Positions 36,819-50,400 of a stretch of 58,673 bases of DNA are shown piece by piece; positions within the stretch are counted from its first letter, which is position 1, and every line of letters starts with the position of its first letter. A program made the translations under genes and the position numbers. Source of the DNA: Hydrurus foetidus (taxonomy: Eukaryota); assembly GCA_900617105.1 (NCBI GenBank), contig UYFQ01000033.1:1-58673 (forward strand), in the 5' to 3' direction. The notes under the pieces were generated by a model. It saw only the letters and a list, made by a program, of their open reading frames with translations. It searched no databases and was not told where the DNA came from.

Positions 36819-39535
36819 ATGCAACGCCAGGTATCGAAGTCTATTCTAAGCAACGGTCTTGTAGACGAGACTTTATTGCAGCCCGTGAATGTTTTGATGG
36901 TGGGCTCGGGGGAGTACACTACGGGCTATGTCGACGGAAAAGCTTCAGATTCAGACAAGGGTGCTGGTGTTGTCGCTTTGACCATGTTCGATCTTCGTCG
37001 CCGTGGAAAAGTAAACCACTTAGCAATTGTCGGTGAGGAAGTCGTCGCATGTACCTTGCATCACACTGCGTATTCTTTCGATGAATCTTGAGGGATAGTG
37101 AGCGATTGAAGTGACGAATTTATATCCTATGTTGCAATTTATCAAGGCGTCAGTGGATCGAAGTTTCCTGGGATACGGGCGCACATGCAAAGAGCTATCG
37201 GAGATGTTTACTCAGGTAAATCTTCACGTGCAGTACCTCGGCTAGTCCAATTCTCACACCATACGACTGCTATAAATTGACAACATAGGGTTGGACCTCA
37301 ATGTTTCAACATTCCCAGCCGACAATGTCACGGATCCCGAGGCATACCTCACAGCCATTCAATCGTTCCTGCCCGGAGATGCGGTCACTATCTTCACTCC
37401 TGACGACACGCATTTCGAAATTGCTCTAGCGGCAATAAATAGAGGTAAATGAATTATGTGTAAAACTGTGAATACATAATATGGGTGGTGAGCGAACAAT
37501 ATGTATCACTTCTCGTTCTATTTCTCCCCAGTCATACGTATTTGAACTCTTATTTAAATGAGCAGTACTTATTGTTTCTGACACCCTCAGCATTTTAATT
37601 CGAGTGCCACTTGATGCTTTATAATGCAATGTGTGCATGAAGTGAAATCTCTTGGAAACGCAGCAGTCAAACATATTCTCACTCATCTGTATTATTCGCT
37701 CTTAGAAAGAAATAGAAATCGTTTCATACTGCGTGTATACTGTACATCATACAACCATCTACACATTGAAAGGAAAAAAAGAAAATAATGCACACCTCTC
37801 CTTCAAGATAACTAGTTACATGAATATTTATGTGGCCGATTTCACGTTATAATTATACAGGGCTTCACGTTATGATAACGAAACCAGCAGTAAAAACACT
37901 AGAACAACATAAAATTCTTCACGATGCTGCTGAGAAGAATGGAGTACTAGTGGCTGTTGAAGTGCATAAAAGATGGGATCCAATATACGGAGATGCAAGG
38001 GACAAAATACAAAATCTCGGCCCTTTTTCGTATTTGTATTCGTACATGTCACAACCGAAACATCAATTAGAGACGTTCAAAGCATGGGCGGGCAAAGGAA
38101 GTGATATTAGTTATTACCTCAACTCCCATCATATTGACTTTCATGAGTGGTGTGTTGGCCACACCTCACGGCCAATTACGGTAACTGCTGTCGCATCTAC
38201 CGGTGTAGCGGAGAAGTTGTTCGGCCGAAAATGTGAAGATACTATTACACTTACTGTGCAATGGGAGAATCTGGAAAAAATATCTGTCGGTAGTTCTGAC
38301 CTAGAAAAATCTTCAGGTAATTTAAATTAAGTAAACTTATGGCATAATGCAAATATCAACAAAATTTTATTAGACAACTTGATTCTAATGATGCGGAATT
38401 TCGTGTTCTGATGAATACATCAAATAATCTCTATGCATCTCAATAAGTAAATAATGAATTACAAAGAATAACTGATGGGTAATACGATTATTAGATGCAG
38501 TTCCAGTCATAGTGGGTACGGGCACAGCGGTGTACACGTCATCTTGGATCGCACCAAGGAGTGACGTACATTCCCAACAGAGATTCTTCTTCATGGGGCA
38601 GGTGACACTACCTCACTGCACTACACTGCCTTGCTGGACAACCTCTATTACTTCCATTTTTTTGCATGATATTTTGTTGTTGTATTCGTTATGATTATTT
38701 GAAAGTCCTCTGTTTTCCTTTTTTTCAATTGTTATGTCATGGGACACACACATACACTCACCTGTTTATATGCAAACGCACGCACTTAGTTGTAGAATGG
38801 AGCTTGCTTCTTCATTCGTATCGCTCTCCCTTCTCATCCCTTCATCCGCCCACGTACGCTTTCTGATGCATACGCACACACTACACATACGTTCAGATAT
38901 GTAAACACACACACACACACACACACACACATTATATCTTGCAAGAAATATGTAAAAATTCAAATCAACTTATTATCACCGCACTCCCCTTCTTCATCTT
39001 GATCAATGGCGATTAGAAAGGAGAAGTTATCGTTGACCAAGCTCATCGCGGCTACAACATGGCGGACGATAACGGTGGATACAGATCGGTGAATCCGTTA
39101 TTCATGAAGTACAGTCCTACAAACGGAAAATTCAGTGGTCAGCTCGGATACGGTTACAGGTGAGAATCCGTGATTTTGATTGGAGTACCTTTCAGTGATA
39201 AATTTGACAGTACCGCGTAATGTGATCTTAATCTCATTTATTTATTTGAATTTGTCTCTTCTTCCCGTTCTGTTGACAACCTTCCTAATTCATCATCTAA
39301 CAATATTATTCACCACCAAATTAGATCGTTTGAAGCATTCATAGATGCTGTTCAGCAAATCAACAGCGGCAAAGCTACAGCTAACGATTACGAGGAAGAG
39401 TTGGCAAGCGTTGCCTCAACATACCGTACTACGGCCATTTTAGAAGCGGGAAGAAGAAGTCTAGATGAGAAGAAGAGTATCTCCATTATCTATGATGACG
39501 TTTTCAATCCCTGCAGACCATCATCTCTTGCTTGA
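36819..39535 (+). CDS. Gfo/Idh/MocA-family NAD(P) oxidoreductase, D-galacturonate reductase-like, multi-exon
   Basis: [12 protein letters not shown]ossmann start, [60 protein letters not shown]. Start could be 36741 or 36819. Substrate is inferred. Confidence 0.8.
38905..38931. repeat. (CA)n microsatellite, intronic
   Basis: About 13 dinucleotide units. Confidence 0.9.
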
Positions 39536-39837
39536 GCGGTAGGAGGAAGAGGAGGAGAAGAAGGAGAAGTATTGATGTGTTACAGAATGGGATTGGGGAT
39601 GTGGTGTGATATGAGGTGATGTGAGGTGAGGTGAAGTATAGTGAAGAGAATGCAAGTGAAGATAGATCACTCAAATGCATCGAAAAGTCTGAGGGGTAAA
39701 GGCTTGTTGAAAATGGCAGAGAAGAATACTTACACCCGTTGAGGGAGAGGACGAGATAGAGGAGTTTGAACTACAGCTCAGGAAGTGCAAGGAAAAAAAC
39801 AAGGGGAAATGACACTTACACACTTGGAGAGAAGGAG

Positions 39838-39866
39838 GAAGAAGAAGAAGAAGAAGAAGAAGAAGA
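39838..39866. repeat. (GAA)n microsatellite
   Basis: About 9 tandem GAA downstream of the oxidoreductase stop. Confidence 0.9.
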
Positions 39867-41044
39867 GACCTTCCTGCGTGAAGACTTGAGGGAAAAGGTG
39901 GGAGAGGGAGAGGAGGGTGGTGATGCCACTTGAAGACAAGGGCGATGCTACACAGAGAGAGTAAGCATATACAGAGGAAAAGGAAGTTGTACCCGTTTAT
40001 ACCACCTCTGTTTCCACTGCTTACATCGCTGCGGTAACCTCGAAGAAAAGAAAGATGATTGCAAAATTTCTGGTAAAAGGGATAAAAAGGAGGAAGTATG
40101 CGTTTTTCTCAGAGGTCATTTTTGAAGTAAGGAAATGTATCTATTTTGTTCATATTTAATCGCTTAAAAGGTGTGGAGAGTAGAGGGCTATCAACCTAGT
40201 CCTTATCCTTTCTTTTCCATCCTACTGAATGATCATTGAAATGGTCAAAATAAGCCTATTTTGAAGGCTTTAGACAGTGGATGAAGTCACAAACGGAATG
40301 AAAAATGATCTGCAAAGTTGGAGATAGGATTACATTATGAATAATTTATTTTATAAAGCTGTGTATTAGACGATTTTTTAAAGTTAAGTAATGAATGCAC
40401 TATTTTTGAAAAAGAAGGATTACACTTTTATTTTCATTCATTTCAAATTGGTTTTGCTGTTGCACTAATCAGCATCACACTAACTACGATTGGAGATTAT
40501 AATAGGAATTTCTGGCGTGACAATGATATCTCTCTCATGATGATCACAAAATCATGCTATAAATCGTCAGACCAGTTACCAGTTACTGACTATCAGTCCT
40601 GTTCGATTTCGTGAGTCTCTGATGTGGCCTTTCCTTTTCCCACGTACTTGAAGTCACTTCAGAAATTAAATAAAGTCCCACGCTTCAGATCGGTCATAAT
40701 ACCGAAATTCGAGGAAGCACTTTTATTAGTAATTAATATTGAAAAAATAGAAATGAAATGAAATGTGAAAAATGAAGAATTGCTACAGTATTTTGACGCA
40801 CTGTACTTATACTGAAGCACGTACGCACGCACGCAATTACCGAAAGTACCATACTGTACATTATCGCCGTTATCTCGACGCATTACCAAAATGTAAATAT
40901 GTAAATATGTAAATATGAAAGTGAATGTTTATCTGTATCCGAACCAGTTCAACGACAAATACAAAAAAGACGAAGAAATGCAAACAAGAAAATTTTATCC
41001 GAGTGTTACATTAAATGCAAAGCATTTGATTAAAACGGTTTTGT

Positions 41045-44000
41045 TTAATTTTCCGTAGAATTGGAGTGAAGGAGACTTTCCGTGTCTCCAGGTGGATCTC
41101 GATCATAATTGGAATTGAAACGATTGACTAGTGAGAAACCTTTTTTCAAATTTTCCACAACACTGCCCTCATCATTTTTACTAGATGTACTACTATTTAT
41201 AACACTGTTTGTATTCGCCACATTTGTCACGTTTCTTGTATTTTCCATGAGATTATTTGATATTTCATTTTCAGCACAGCTATCGATCATATCTGTGGAA
41301 AATTTCGAGTCTTCAAAACCGTACTTCTCTTTTTTTGAATTTTCGCTATTTCCTTTTTCACTTTTTGTGGAATTTATATTTAAATTTAATTCTGCAATGT
41401 AAATATTTCGATTTTCTTGTTGAACTTCTTGAATAGAACCGTACGTACTTACACTTTTAGTAGGAGTGTAAGGGATTAACATTGGAGAACTGTCAGACGG
41501 ACTGTCACTTGATCGCTTACCTGGACTCATTGACTGTATTACAGAATAAGTAGGAGAGGAGACGTTTTTTTGACGGAATTTCGGTGATTTATTTGATTCC
41601 CCGAAGAATTTCCCTTTTTTCACGGAAATAGAATTTATCCCTAATGTTGTTTTTCTGTGTGAAAATATTTAATAAAATAAATATAGTGTATAAAATCAGC
41701 GTTGTAAGAGCATGCACTGTTCTAAGATAAAATGAGATAAAATGTGATGAATATAATGTAAGATTGGATAAACGTGAGATGAAAAAATGCCAAAGCCAGG
41801 TTGATATGATAGGCACGATGAGATGACAGACACGGAACAAAATGGAATAAAACAAAAGAATCAAAAACAAAAAACATAGAATGACACACCACACCACACC
41901 ACACCACACCACACCACACCACACCACACCACACCACACCACATAACACCACATAACACCACATAACACCACACGTACCTTGACTGCAATGCAGGAATGC
42001 TACACGCCTCTTGAGAGTGAACACTAATCATGAGCAAATGCACTGTATCCGACAATACGGTAACGGTAAAATCAGGAAAGTAAGTTCCTTCCCTCATTAT
42101 TAAAGTTTCTGGCGCAATAACTGTCCAAGGACCTTTCTGAATTTTTATTCCTGACGCTCCTAATTATTTTATTTAATGAAATAAATATAATTCGAAATGT
42201 TTTTGAAATGAATTCCTGTGTGCGGGATGTAATTTTGAATTGATTTTTATTCCCAAAATAATTTTTCACGTGATGTTATTTGGGTGATTCAAATCCGTGT
42301 AAAAAAACTCAGAAACGATTCGCTAGAAACGGAAATCAATGCAGTAATATTGATGCGGAACGGCACATATATGTACAACGCAAGTACGTACGTACCTGAG
42401 ACTACTTCAATTGTACCGCTTATTATGAGAGCACAGCAGTTGGTGACTCTCCCTCTTCGATATATCGTATCTTCCAACACGGGCTGAGTAAAGTGATTTT
42501 ATTGAAACGTTACATCAATATTGAGTTATGCGATGTATGTTACGATGGTGATTTGCTCAGCGATCAATTAATTAGTTGAATGGTTTGTAAAAGTAATGGC
42601 GGATATTAAAGTGGGAATGATGCAAATAAAATATTAAATTACAATCGCATATAATGAAGATCAAATCGGTTGTTTTAATGAAATATTCATTAGACGGGAA
42701 AAACAGAATTGGCATGAACAGTGTAATCATGTGAAATAGAATACTAAAGTCACAATGCATTTAATAGATATAATAATGACGTATACCCGATACAAAAATT
42801 ACATCATTAGAGATTGATGTGATTTCTATAAAGTAAAAAATGGTAACGAATAAATTGATAATACAAAAATACGATAAAACTCAATATAAATAACAAAAAA
42901 TATTTACCTTGGAAGCATCTTTTGAAAATCTTCCTAAGTTTAGTATTGGACTAATAACAATAAGTCGACATAAAGTATCGAAATCATCTGTACTGGGTGG
43001 GGAGAACAATTCCTTGACGCTTTTCACATTTCCTAATAAATGAAACGCAATAGCTTCTATTTGATTCGTAGCAAGATGAGTCGGATCGAATGTTTTATTT
43101 AACAATTGTAATCTTGCTATATGATTGCTTTTTTTATAATTTGGTTTGGAATATTCTGTTGCACTTGCTATATATACCGCGTCATCTTCTATTTCCGTCC
43201 CCAATATTTCCTCGATGATATCTTCTAATGTTATTATACCAACAACTTCATAGAATGGATCCCCCTATTACAAATAATGTACATGGATATTGCGTATAAA
43301 TGTGATGAGATTTAGTTGAGAAATGTTGATTGCTTTTCATGAAATGCGGTTTGTTGGTATATGTCACTCTCAAATTTTTATAACTTTGCTGTATGGAGTT
43401 GGAACTACGTATTTATGATAAATAAAAGTTTATGTTTAAAAAAAAGTCAAGTAGAATTTTACGCAATTTTTTCCCGTCTATGTTGATCCAAATACATTAC
43501 GAAAATTCACATTCTAACATCGAGGAAAAGGCAAATTACACAGATCAGCAGATAGGATATTCAAGATTACAAAATACCAATTGACGGAATTATTAGTGAT
43601 GGTAAAAAATCGATTGAAACATACTGGAAATCTTACAATATTAATCAATTGAAAGTAGAAGGACTTGTATACTGCAAGTGTGAGACTGCTATGTGATGCA
43701 AGATGCATTCTTAAATAATTCATATACATACACAAGAAAAAAGAATGCACATGAAAAACAAACACTTTTGGAAATCGAACGCAAAAATAAAAAGCGATAT
43801 AACAATCAAACAATGGAAGTACGTATGTACGTACCGGTCCGAGACTGTTGACATTCCTTACTATTGCAATGTGTGATTTTTCTCTTCTGAAAGATGATAG
43901 CGTTTCGCCCAGCTGATCATCGTGCCACACGACTAATGGCTGTCTGCCCAATAGACTCACGAAACTGCTCACTGTGCTACGACCCTGTTGTGTCGTGTCG

Positions 44001-46246
44001 TGTTTTGTTGTTGTTCGTTATTTTTAGTTTATTTAATTTTATTTTGTTACGTCTCATATCATTGTGTTTAGTTTTGTTTAAAAAAATTCCTTCTTTAAGG
44101 GGGCTCTATGTTGTTATGAGTCATCACTAGCGATAGTGGTATTTTAAATGTTTAGTAAAGAAAAACTGTAAAGTGAATAGTAAAAACTTGCATTGTGAAA
44201 ATGTTCTCAGTACTCCATCTACAAAAAAACAAGAAACGAAACATAAAATAAAAGTGTGCTAGTAAGCATCATATTCATGATATTAGGTACTTCATTCACT
44301 CACCTCGGGATCAACAAATATTAAATCTTTCGCTCTGATAATTCCGATGACGTCATTACGGTTTCTTTCATAAACGGGAATTCGTGAAAATCCGGATTGA
44401 AAAATCAATGCAAGAGTCTGAAAAAAAATCGCATATGATTTTAAGAATGTAGTATAATAAAAAATAAAAAAATTGATATAATGCAGTACATCTTGACACA
44501 TGTGATTTAGTCTGTAATCTATATGTAGCAGAGCGTTGTCTGGACTCGTGATCGATATTTCAAACTGATTTTTAGAAACATGATTTATAAATGCATTTAT
44601 TTATATAAACGATTTATATCTTCACTGAAATCACGCTTCATGAGATTAAATTCGGCCGAATTTTGCAGTAATCCACTGGAGACCACTCACAGAGAATAGT
44701 TGCAATGATAGCTCACCTTCGAAGTAAGCTCTTCATCATAGGATAGCATAAAAACTTTTTGAATAGGCGTCATTACGTCACTGACCAACATATCTCGAAA
44801 CTTCAGAGCGCCATCGATGATGGAAACTAAGATAACATGGATGTGTTATGAAAAACTTGAAACAGAAGATTTGAATAGAATGACGATAAGCAAAGATAAG
44901 ATAAGATAGGCTAAGCTAATAAGAGAAGACAAGACAAGACAAGACAAGACAAGGCAAGACAAGACAGGCTTACATAAGATAAGATAAGATAAGATAAGAT
45001 AAGATAAGATAAGATAAGATAAGATAACATAAGGTAAGATCATACAAGATATGACAAAACAAGGTGAGAAAGAGATAAAAGAAAAGGGAAAAAAAAGAGA
45101 AGAGGAGAGGACAAAAGTGTTCGAGACAACAGGAGAAAAGGGAAGGAAAGAGAAGAATTGGCAAAATAATTATAAGAGCAAGACTAAGGGTGGTTGCTAT
45201 TCAACTTATCGTATGACTGATATAAAAGATGACGGAACGTTTGCTCAAAAGAACAATAAAATGTCGAGATATAAAGAGTACCAATTAGGCCTGCTTCTCA
45301 ATGCATTGGATATAAACTGCAACTTTACCTTCTTCGTAGTGTAGAGAACTTTTACTAGAATTCGCCATCCGAGCTCCCTACAAATTAAATAAGTAATTGT
45401 TAATTTTAGTCTTAAAGTTACAACTATCAATTTTTGTGTCAAAGTCGTCACTGTGATCAGAGTGAGTCAGCTGTAAGCTATATTAGACTACGAAAAAATA
45501 CGCACCTCTTCGTGTTGTATGGCCATTAGCGTTGCTATTTCTCTCTTCGTGTAGACGGTCATTCCTTCTTCGTTTCCCAAGACGTAATCCAACACAAGAG
45601 AAATAGGATATGCGATGGGGAAGAATATGATATTGACTAGATACACCAGGGGTACCAAATGCGAAGCAATCTGTAGCTGCTTCGGGCCTGTAATAATAGC
45701 TGTTGGAATGATCTCACCAACGAACAAAATCATCGTTACTGAGATGATGATCGCCAGATATTCAGGTACGACACAGCTGAGAAATACTGGTAGGGCTTCA
45801 GTCGCAGATGCATTCCAAAGCATCAGAGTAACAAGCAGAAAATGATGTCGGCTTATGATTGGTAAGACTTTGGAAGCGTAAATTCTCTCATCTGGTGTGC
45901 CGCTCCTTGATTTGATCTTCAGTTCCATGAGATCAAGTGACAGCAATCCTTGAGTCAATCCAGATGCAAGACCCGCGCATACAATGCAGACTATCACCAT
46001 AAAGATTGCTGAAACATTTGTGTGGTGTTCACTGCTTGGAGCAAAGAGTGCTATACCTCGCAGTGATCGAACCTTGTACATAGTGCTATGACTAAAAGCA
46101 ATTTGCGCAGGGAATGAGTGAGGGCAGTTGTAGCCGTCCATTTCCAGCGCCTTAAATAGCTGTTGAAGCGCGTGGTCTATTTGAGTTGTGCCATTACTTC
46201 CAGCTACTGAACCAAGATACTCGATTGTTGCTGGGTACAAACCCAT
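41045..46246 (-). CDS. CNNM/DUF21 + CBS-pair membrane protein (MAM3-like metal transport), multi-exon
   Basis: [72 protein letters not shown] and a low-complexity C-terminal exon. Start codon and 3' exon boundaries are approximate. Confidence 0.88.
41887..41973. repeat. (CACAC)n / (CACATAACAC)n microsatellite, intronic
   Basis: Tandem pentamer array; source of spurious VVWCG ORFs. Confidence 0.9.
44893..45030. repeat. (AAGAT/AAGAC)n microsatellite, intronic
   Basis: Tandem pentamer arrays; source of spurious ILSYL ORFs. Confidence 0.9.
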
Positions 46247-46543
46247 AATAGCAATTAATGAAATGTAAACCTCAAGCCAGCAGCAATTTGAAACCACAAT
46301 TATGTCACGAAAAATAGGCCAAAGCTAGCAATTCTAACTGGAATGCGATATGATGGAAGTGTTCTGATTGTTCTCGATCTTGATTGATAACTTCCTCGAT
46401 GAAATTCGAACTGAAAGTTGACAGCAAACAAATGACACTTCAGAGTCTCCAGCAGTGCGGTCGGTCTACGGATCGGATGGAAAGTTCTTGAGCTCTTCTT
46501 GAAGCATTGCCGTGTGTACGTGCGTATTTACACTGTACCGCTG

Positions 46544-46896
46544 TGTTGTGAAATGTGGACTCAGAGGTGTGACGTATGTCCCATACGGTTGGTCACAAGC
46601 TCCCCACTGCACTCTCCGATGCGGCTTCACTCGCTCTGTCTGGAGTCAGAAGAGAAGTTTCACTGTCGGCTACGAGTTTGGGTTAATTAGCACTGCTGCA
46701 ACGCAGTAGTAGTCGAGTGTAGTCAGTAGTTGTCTCAACGGGTTGATGGCTATGCTAGATCAAATACGTCATATCGTATGTAGTACGGTACTGCTGTGGT
46801 GCAACACCGTACGTATGGTTCAAATATGAAATACAGATAATAGCATCACAATTCGTATACGGAATATCTAGTCTACATAATACTGATATTACTACA
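46544..46896 (-). repeat. Copia-B 3' LTR
   Basis: Direct repeat of 52489-52841. Confidence 0.95.
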
Positions 46897-46906
46897 CACC
46901 CCTATG
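46897..46906 (-). promoter_or_regulatory. Copia-B PPT-position motif CATAGGGGTG
   Basis: The + strand reads CACCCCTATG next to the 3' LTR; identical to the Copia-A motif. Confidence 0.75.
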
Positions 46907-47441
46907 ATGTGTTATCGTATTCAATTCAAACAAGTTTATTCAATTATTATTTCAAAGGCATTAAATTAATTCATACATGTTCGTTCATTATTAATCATAA
47001 ATAAAGTTTCGTCAATGGCTCCGGAATGTTACGTCGGTGTCTTGAAGATCGATCTCAGTCGGAAAAGAATGTAGTGGAAGTTTGCTGTAGGAATTTGTAG
47101 GCGGTAGAAATAGTTGGCGGTTGGAATTGTCGGTTATAGGAGGAAGTTTGTTTTTGGCAAAGTTGGCGGTTTGAAGTAGTTTATCGTAGGAATGTTGGTT
47201 CTGGAGTCTTCGTCTTGATGTGTCTTCAGTTGATGTGTCTCGACCATGTGTGGTGTAGGCTCGAGTGTAGGTGTCTTGAGTGTTCAGGTCTTGGAGGTTG
47301 ATGTTGTAGGGCAGAAGGAATTCGATGGAATTGCAGATTCATAAAAACAGATTCATATAATACATAGGGTTGATGTTGGCCAAGGTAGCAGAAATGGTGT
47401 TGGCAAAGCGTAGGTAGAAGAAATTTGATGGATTGGAATAC

Positions 47442-50400
47442 TCAGGTGGTGTTGAGTAGTTGGTTGCGGAAAGCTCTGAACTGCTCTCCTTGAAGGGGTT
47501 TCGTTAGCATGTCTGCTAACATCTCGTTGGTTGATTTGTAACTGATGGTAATTTCTTGTTCTTTTATCCGGTCATGTAGGAAGAAATACCGGATATCGAT
47601 ATGCCGCGTACGTTCGCTGTTGGAGCGACCGTTGTTAATAAGTTGGATGGTGGATTTGTTATCTTGGAATATGATGGCGCTCCTATCTTTATATCCTTGA
47701 TTTATGAGGAATAGTCTGGTCCATAGCACTTGGTTGGCTGAGTCGCTAAGTCCTACTAGCTCGGCTTCGGTACTTGACTTCGTGGTTAGCTTTTGAGTTG
47801 AACTCTTAGCATACACTACACCTTTCCCTAATGTGATGGCGCTTCCTGTGTGACTCTTCATGTCGTGATGTACTCCGTAGGAAGCATCGACATAGCATGT
47901 AACAGTGGTGGGGTCCTCTATCTGTAGTGTGAGGCCAAGGTCTCTAGTGTGGCGTACGTACTGTATGGTACGTTCCAGCTTTTTCAAGTCGTCCACTTGT
48001 GGTTTCGTCACCCGCTTCGTCAGGAACGCTACCGGCGTCAGAATATCCGGCCTCGCTCTTTTGCTTAAGTACAGCAGTTTTGCTGTAATTGAATGAAAGA
48101 ACTCACGAGCAGAAGTGGTTAGTAGTGAGTTAGAGGTATCCGGTTTAACCGTAAATAAATCCGGCTTGGCCGGTGTCGGTGCCACCCCTAAAATCTCTTT
48201 GCAGTCTTCTAGCAGCTCTTTGATAAATCCTTCCATAGTTATCTTCACTTGTCCCGCTGTCTCGAAATTAAAAGTCATACCTATGTAATTAAGTACTTTT
48301 CCTCGATGTTTCGTTAGTCCGGGATATAGTTTTTCAATTTCATAAATTACCATATCAACATATTTGTCATTGCAACACGATATCATCATGTCATCAACGT
48401 GGATGATCAATGTGGTTTGTGATTTATTATTTTCAGTTCGATTAAACACGCACATGTCATAAGCATTAGCAGTATACCCTAATACGGACAAGTCATGTGA
48501 AATTTTATCATACCACAGTTTTGCAGATTCAACACATCCATACAACGCTTTTTTCAATTTAACAATGCATGTACCCTTTTCATTAACATATTTCAAATAT
48601 GATTTATCAATGGATGTCAAAACACCAGTCAAATATTTATTCAATCTCATAAATACAGTGTGACTACCCTCAAGTGGCATATCGCTATTTAAAAATGCTC
48701 CTGGAAAATCTATCGTAGCTAATGATCTATTCTCTTTCGCAGCAATTGAAGCAATTATAAACACACTAGTGGTGCTAACTGTAGGTGATGAGCCATTATC
48801 GTAAATATCTCTATCCTGTAAATGACCTCCTGCAACTAATCTCGATTTTAACTTATCGAATTTACCTTCTGCAGTATACTTATCTTTTAAAAACATACTA
48901 CTGGTTATGATGTTGTTACGTTGTAATGGTGTTAGTGAGTTGATCAACACTCCTTCCCACACATCTTTCTCGCACATCTGTTGCATTTCTTTTCTAATGG
49001 AATCGATAGCTATATCACCTAACTTATCGATACCGTCTTTAACAGTCATGTTAAAAGCATATGAACAATCAAGGCGATGCAACACTTCAGGTATACAGCA
49101 TCCTATGTTCCTATTTCCTCTGTTAGATGCCCATCTACCTGGCTGGTGATTTCTAGCGCTACGTCTCAAAGCAGGCTGTTCTATCTCAGGTAGTTCATCT
49201 GTAAGTACGTCATCTACTGTGTACGTATCTTCTATGGCATCAACAGTTTCATCATATGTAAGTACATTGTCATCAACGTACGTGCTGTTTACATCAGGTG
49301 CATCATATTCCATCGCAACATCGTCATGTTCAATAGGTTCGAATTCAGCATCATTAGTCTCTAGCTGCACTGTATAATCGTCTGTCATAGCATCATTATC
49401 AGGCATATCATTAAAATCATTTTCGTCATTCATCACTGGCACATAAGGCAGTTCAGGCATCACATGTGGTTCAACATCATATGAGTCATCATACATTTCA
49501 TCTGAATGTGGTATGTGTGAATTACTAAATCTTCTCATATTATTATTATAAATTTTCTCATCATCATAATCAAGTCCATCATCATCAATCACACGCCTGT
49601 TCTGTTCGAATACAGGTTGATTAGTGTTATTACCCTTATTAATGTTTCTCTTATCAGATAATCCATTTAGGTAAGTAATAACTTCATCAGGCATTGGTAG
49701 TGATGTGGCTTTAGTGCGTTTAACTATCTGTTCATTACTGAGTAACATGTAATACCAAGATCCTTCTAGATTGCCACTACTCATCAGAGCGATAGCACCT
49801 GAAGTTCTGGCTTTATTACTATTATCAATATTGTCAGAATGCACTTGTACATAGTCACCAAAACCATGTTTCAGTTCTTTATCTACATTTATCTTTCTAC
49901 CGTATAGTTTCTCTCTAGGGCTGACGTAGTCTACGGTATTCCTTGTCGGAACTAACACTATACGGTTAACAACATATCTAACTAACCATCCTTCTAACTT
50001 CTCAGTTAATCTAAATGGTAGTGTGTTGATTACTGCTCTAACTCTCTCTTTAATCTGTCTGATCTTACGCTCAACTACGGTAACTGCCTCACCTGCACCT
50101 GTCGTGTCTAATGCAGTACCTATTGTAGCTAACTTAGTCTCAAACCATACTGAATTGATGGCGCCCTCTCCATCAACTCTGACTAAATTTAAACTGAAAC
50201 CATACTTAGTTATGTGTCTAATATCACTCTCTAAGCTAGTCCAAAGCGTAAGATTGGCTCTGTTATTTAACTTATTTACCATAGTATACTCTAATGGCTT
50301 AACAACGGCAATTAAAAATGGATTGCCGTTAACAAACATAATGTCTATATACATGGTTTGATCTCTCTGTTGTATATTATCTAACAGTGGTTGCTCCTCT

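Noticed and set aside
41589..42097. Hydrophobic repetitive ORFs (VVWCG; also ILSYL near 44846-45164)
   Set aside because: Translations of intronic pentamer microsatellites.
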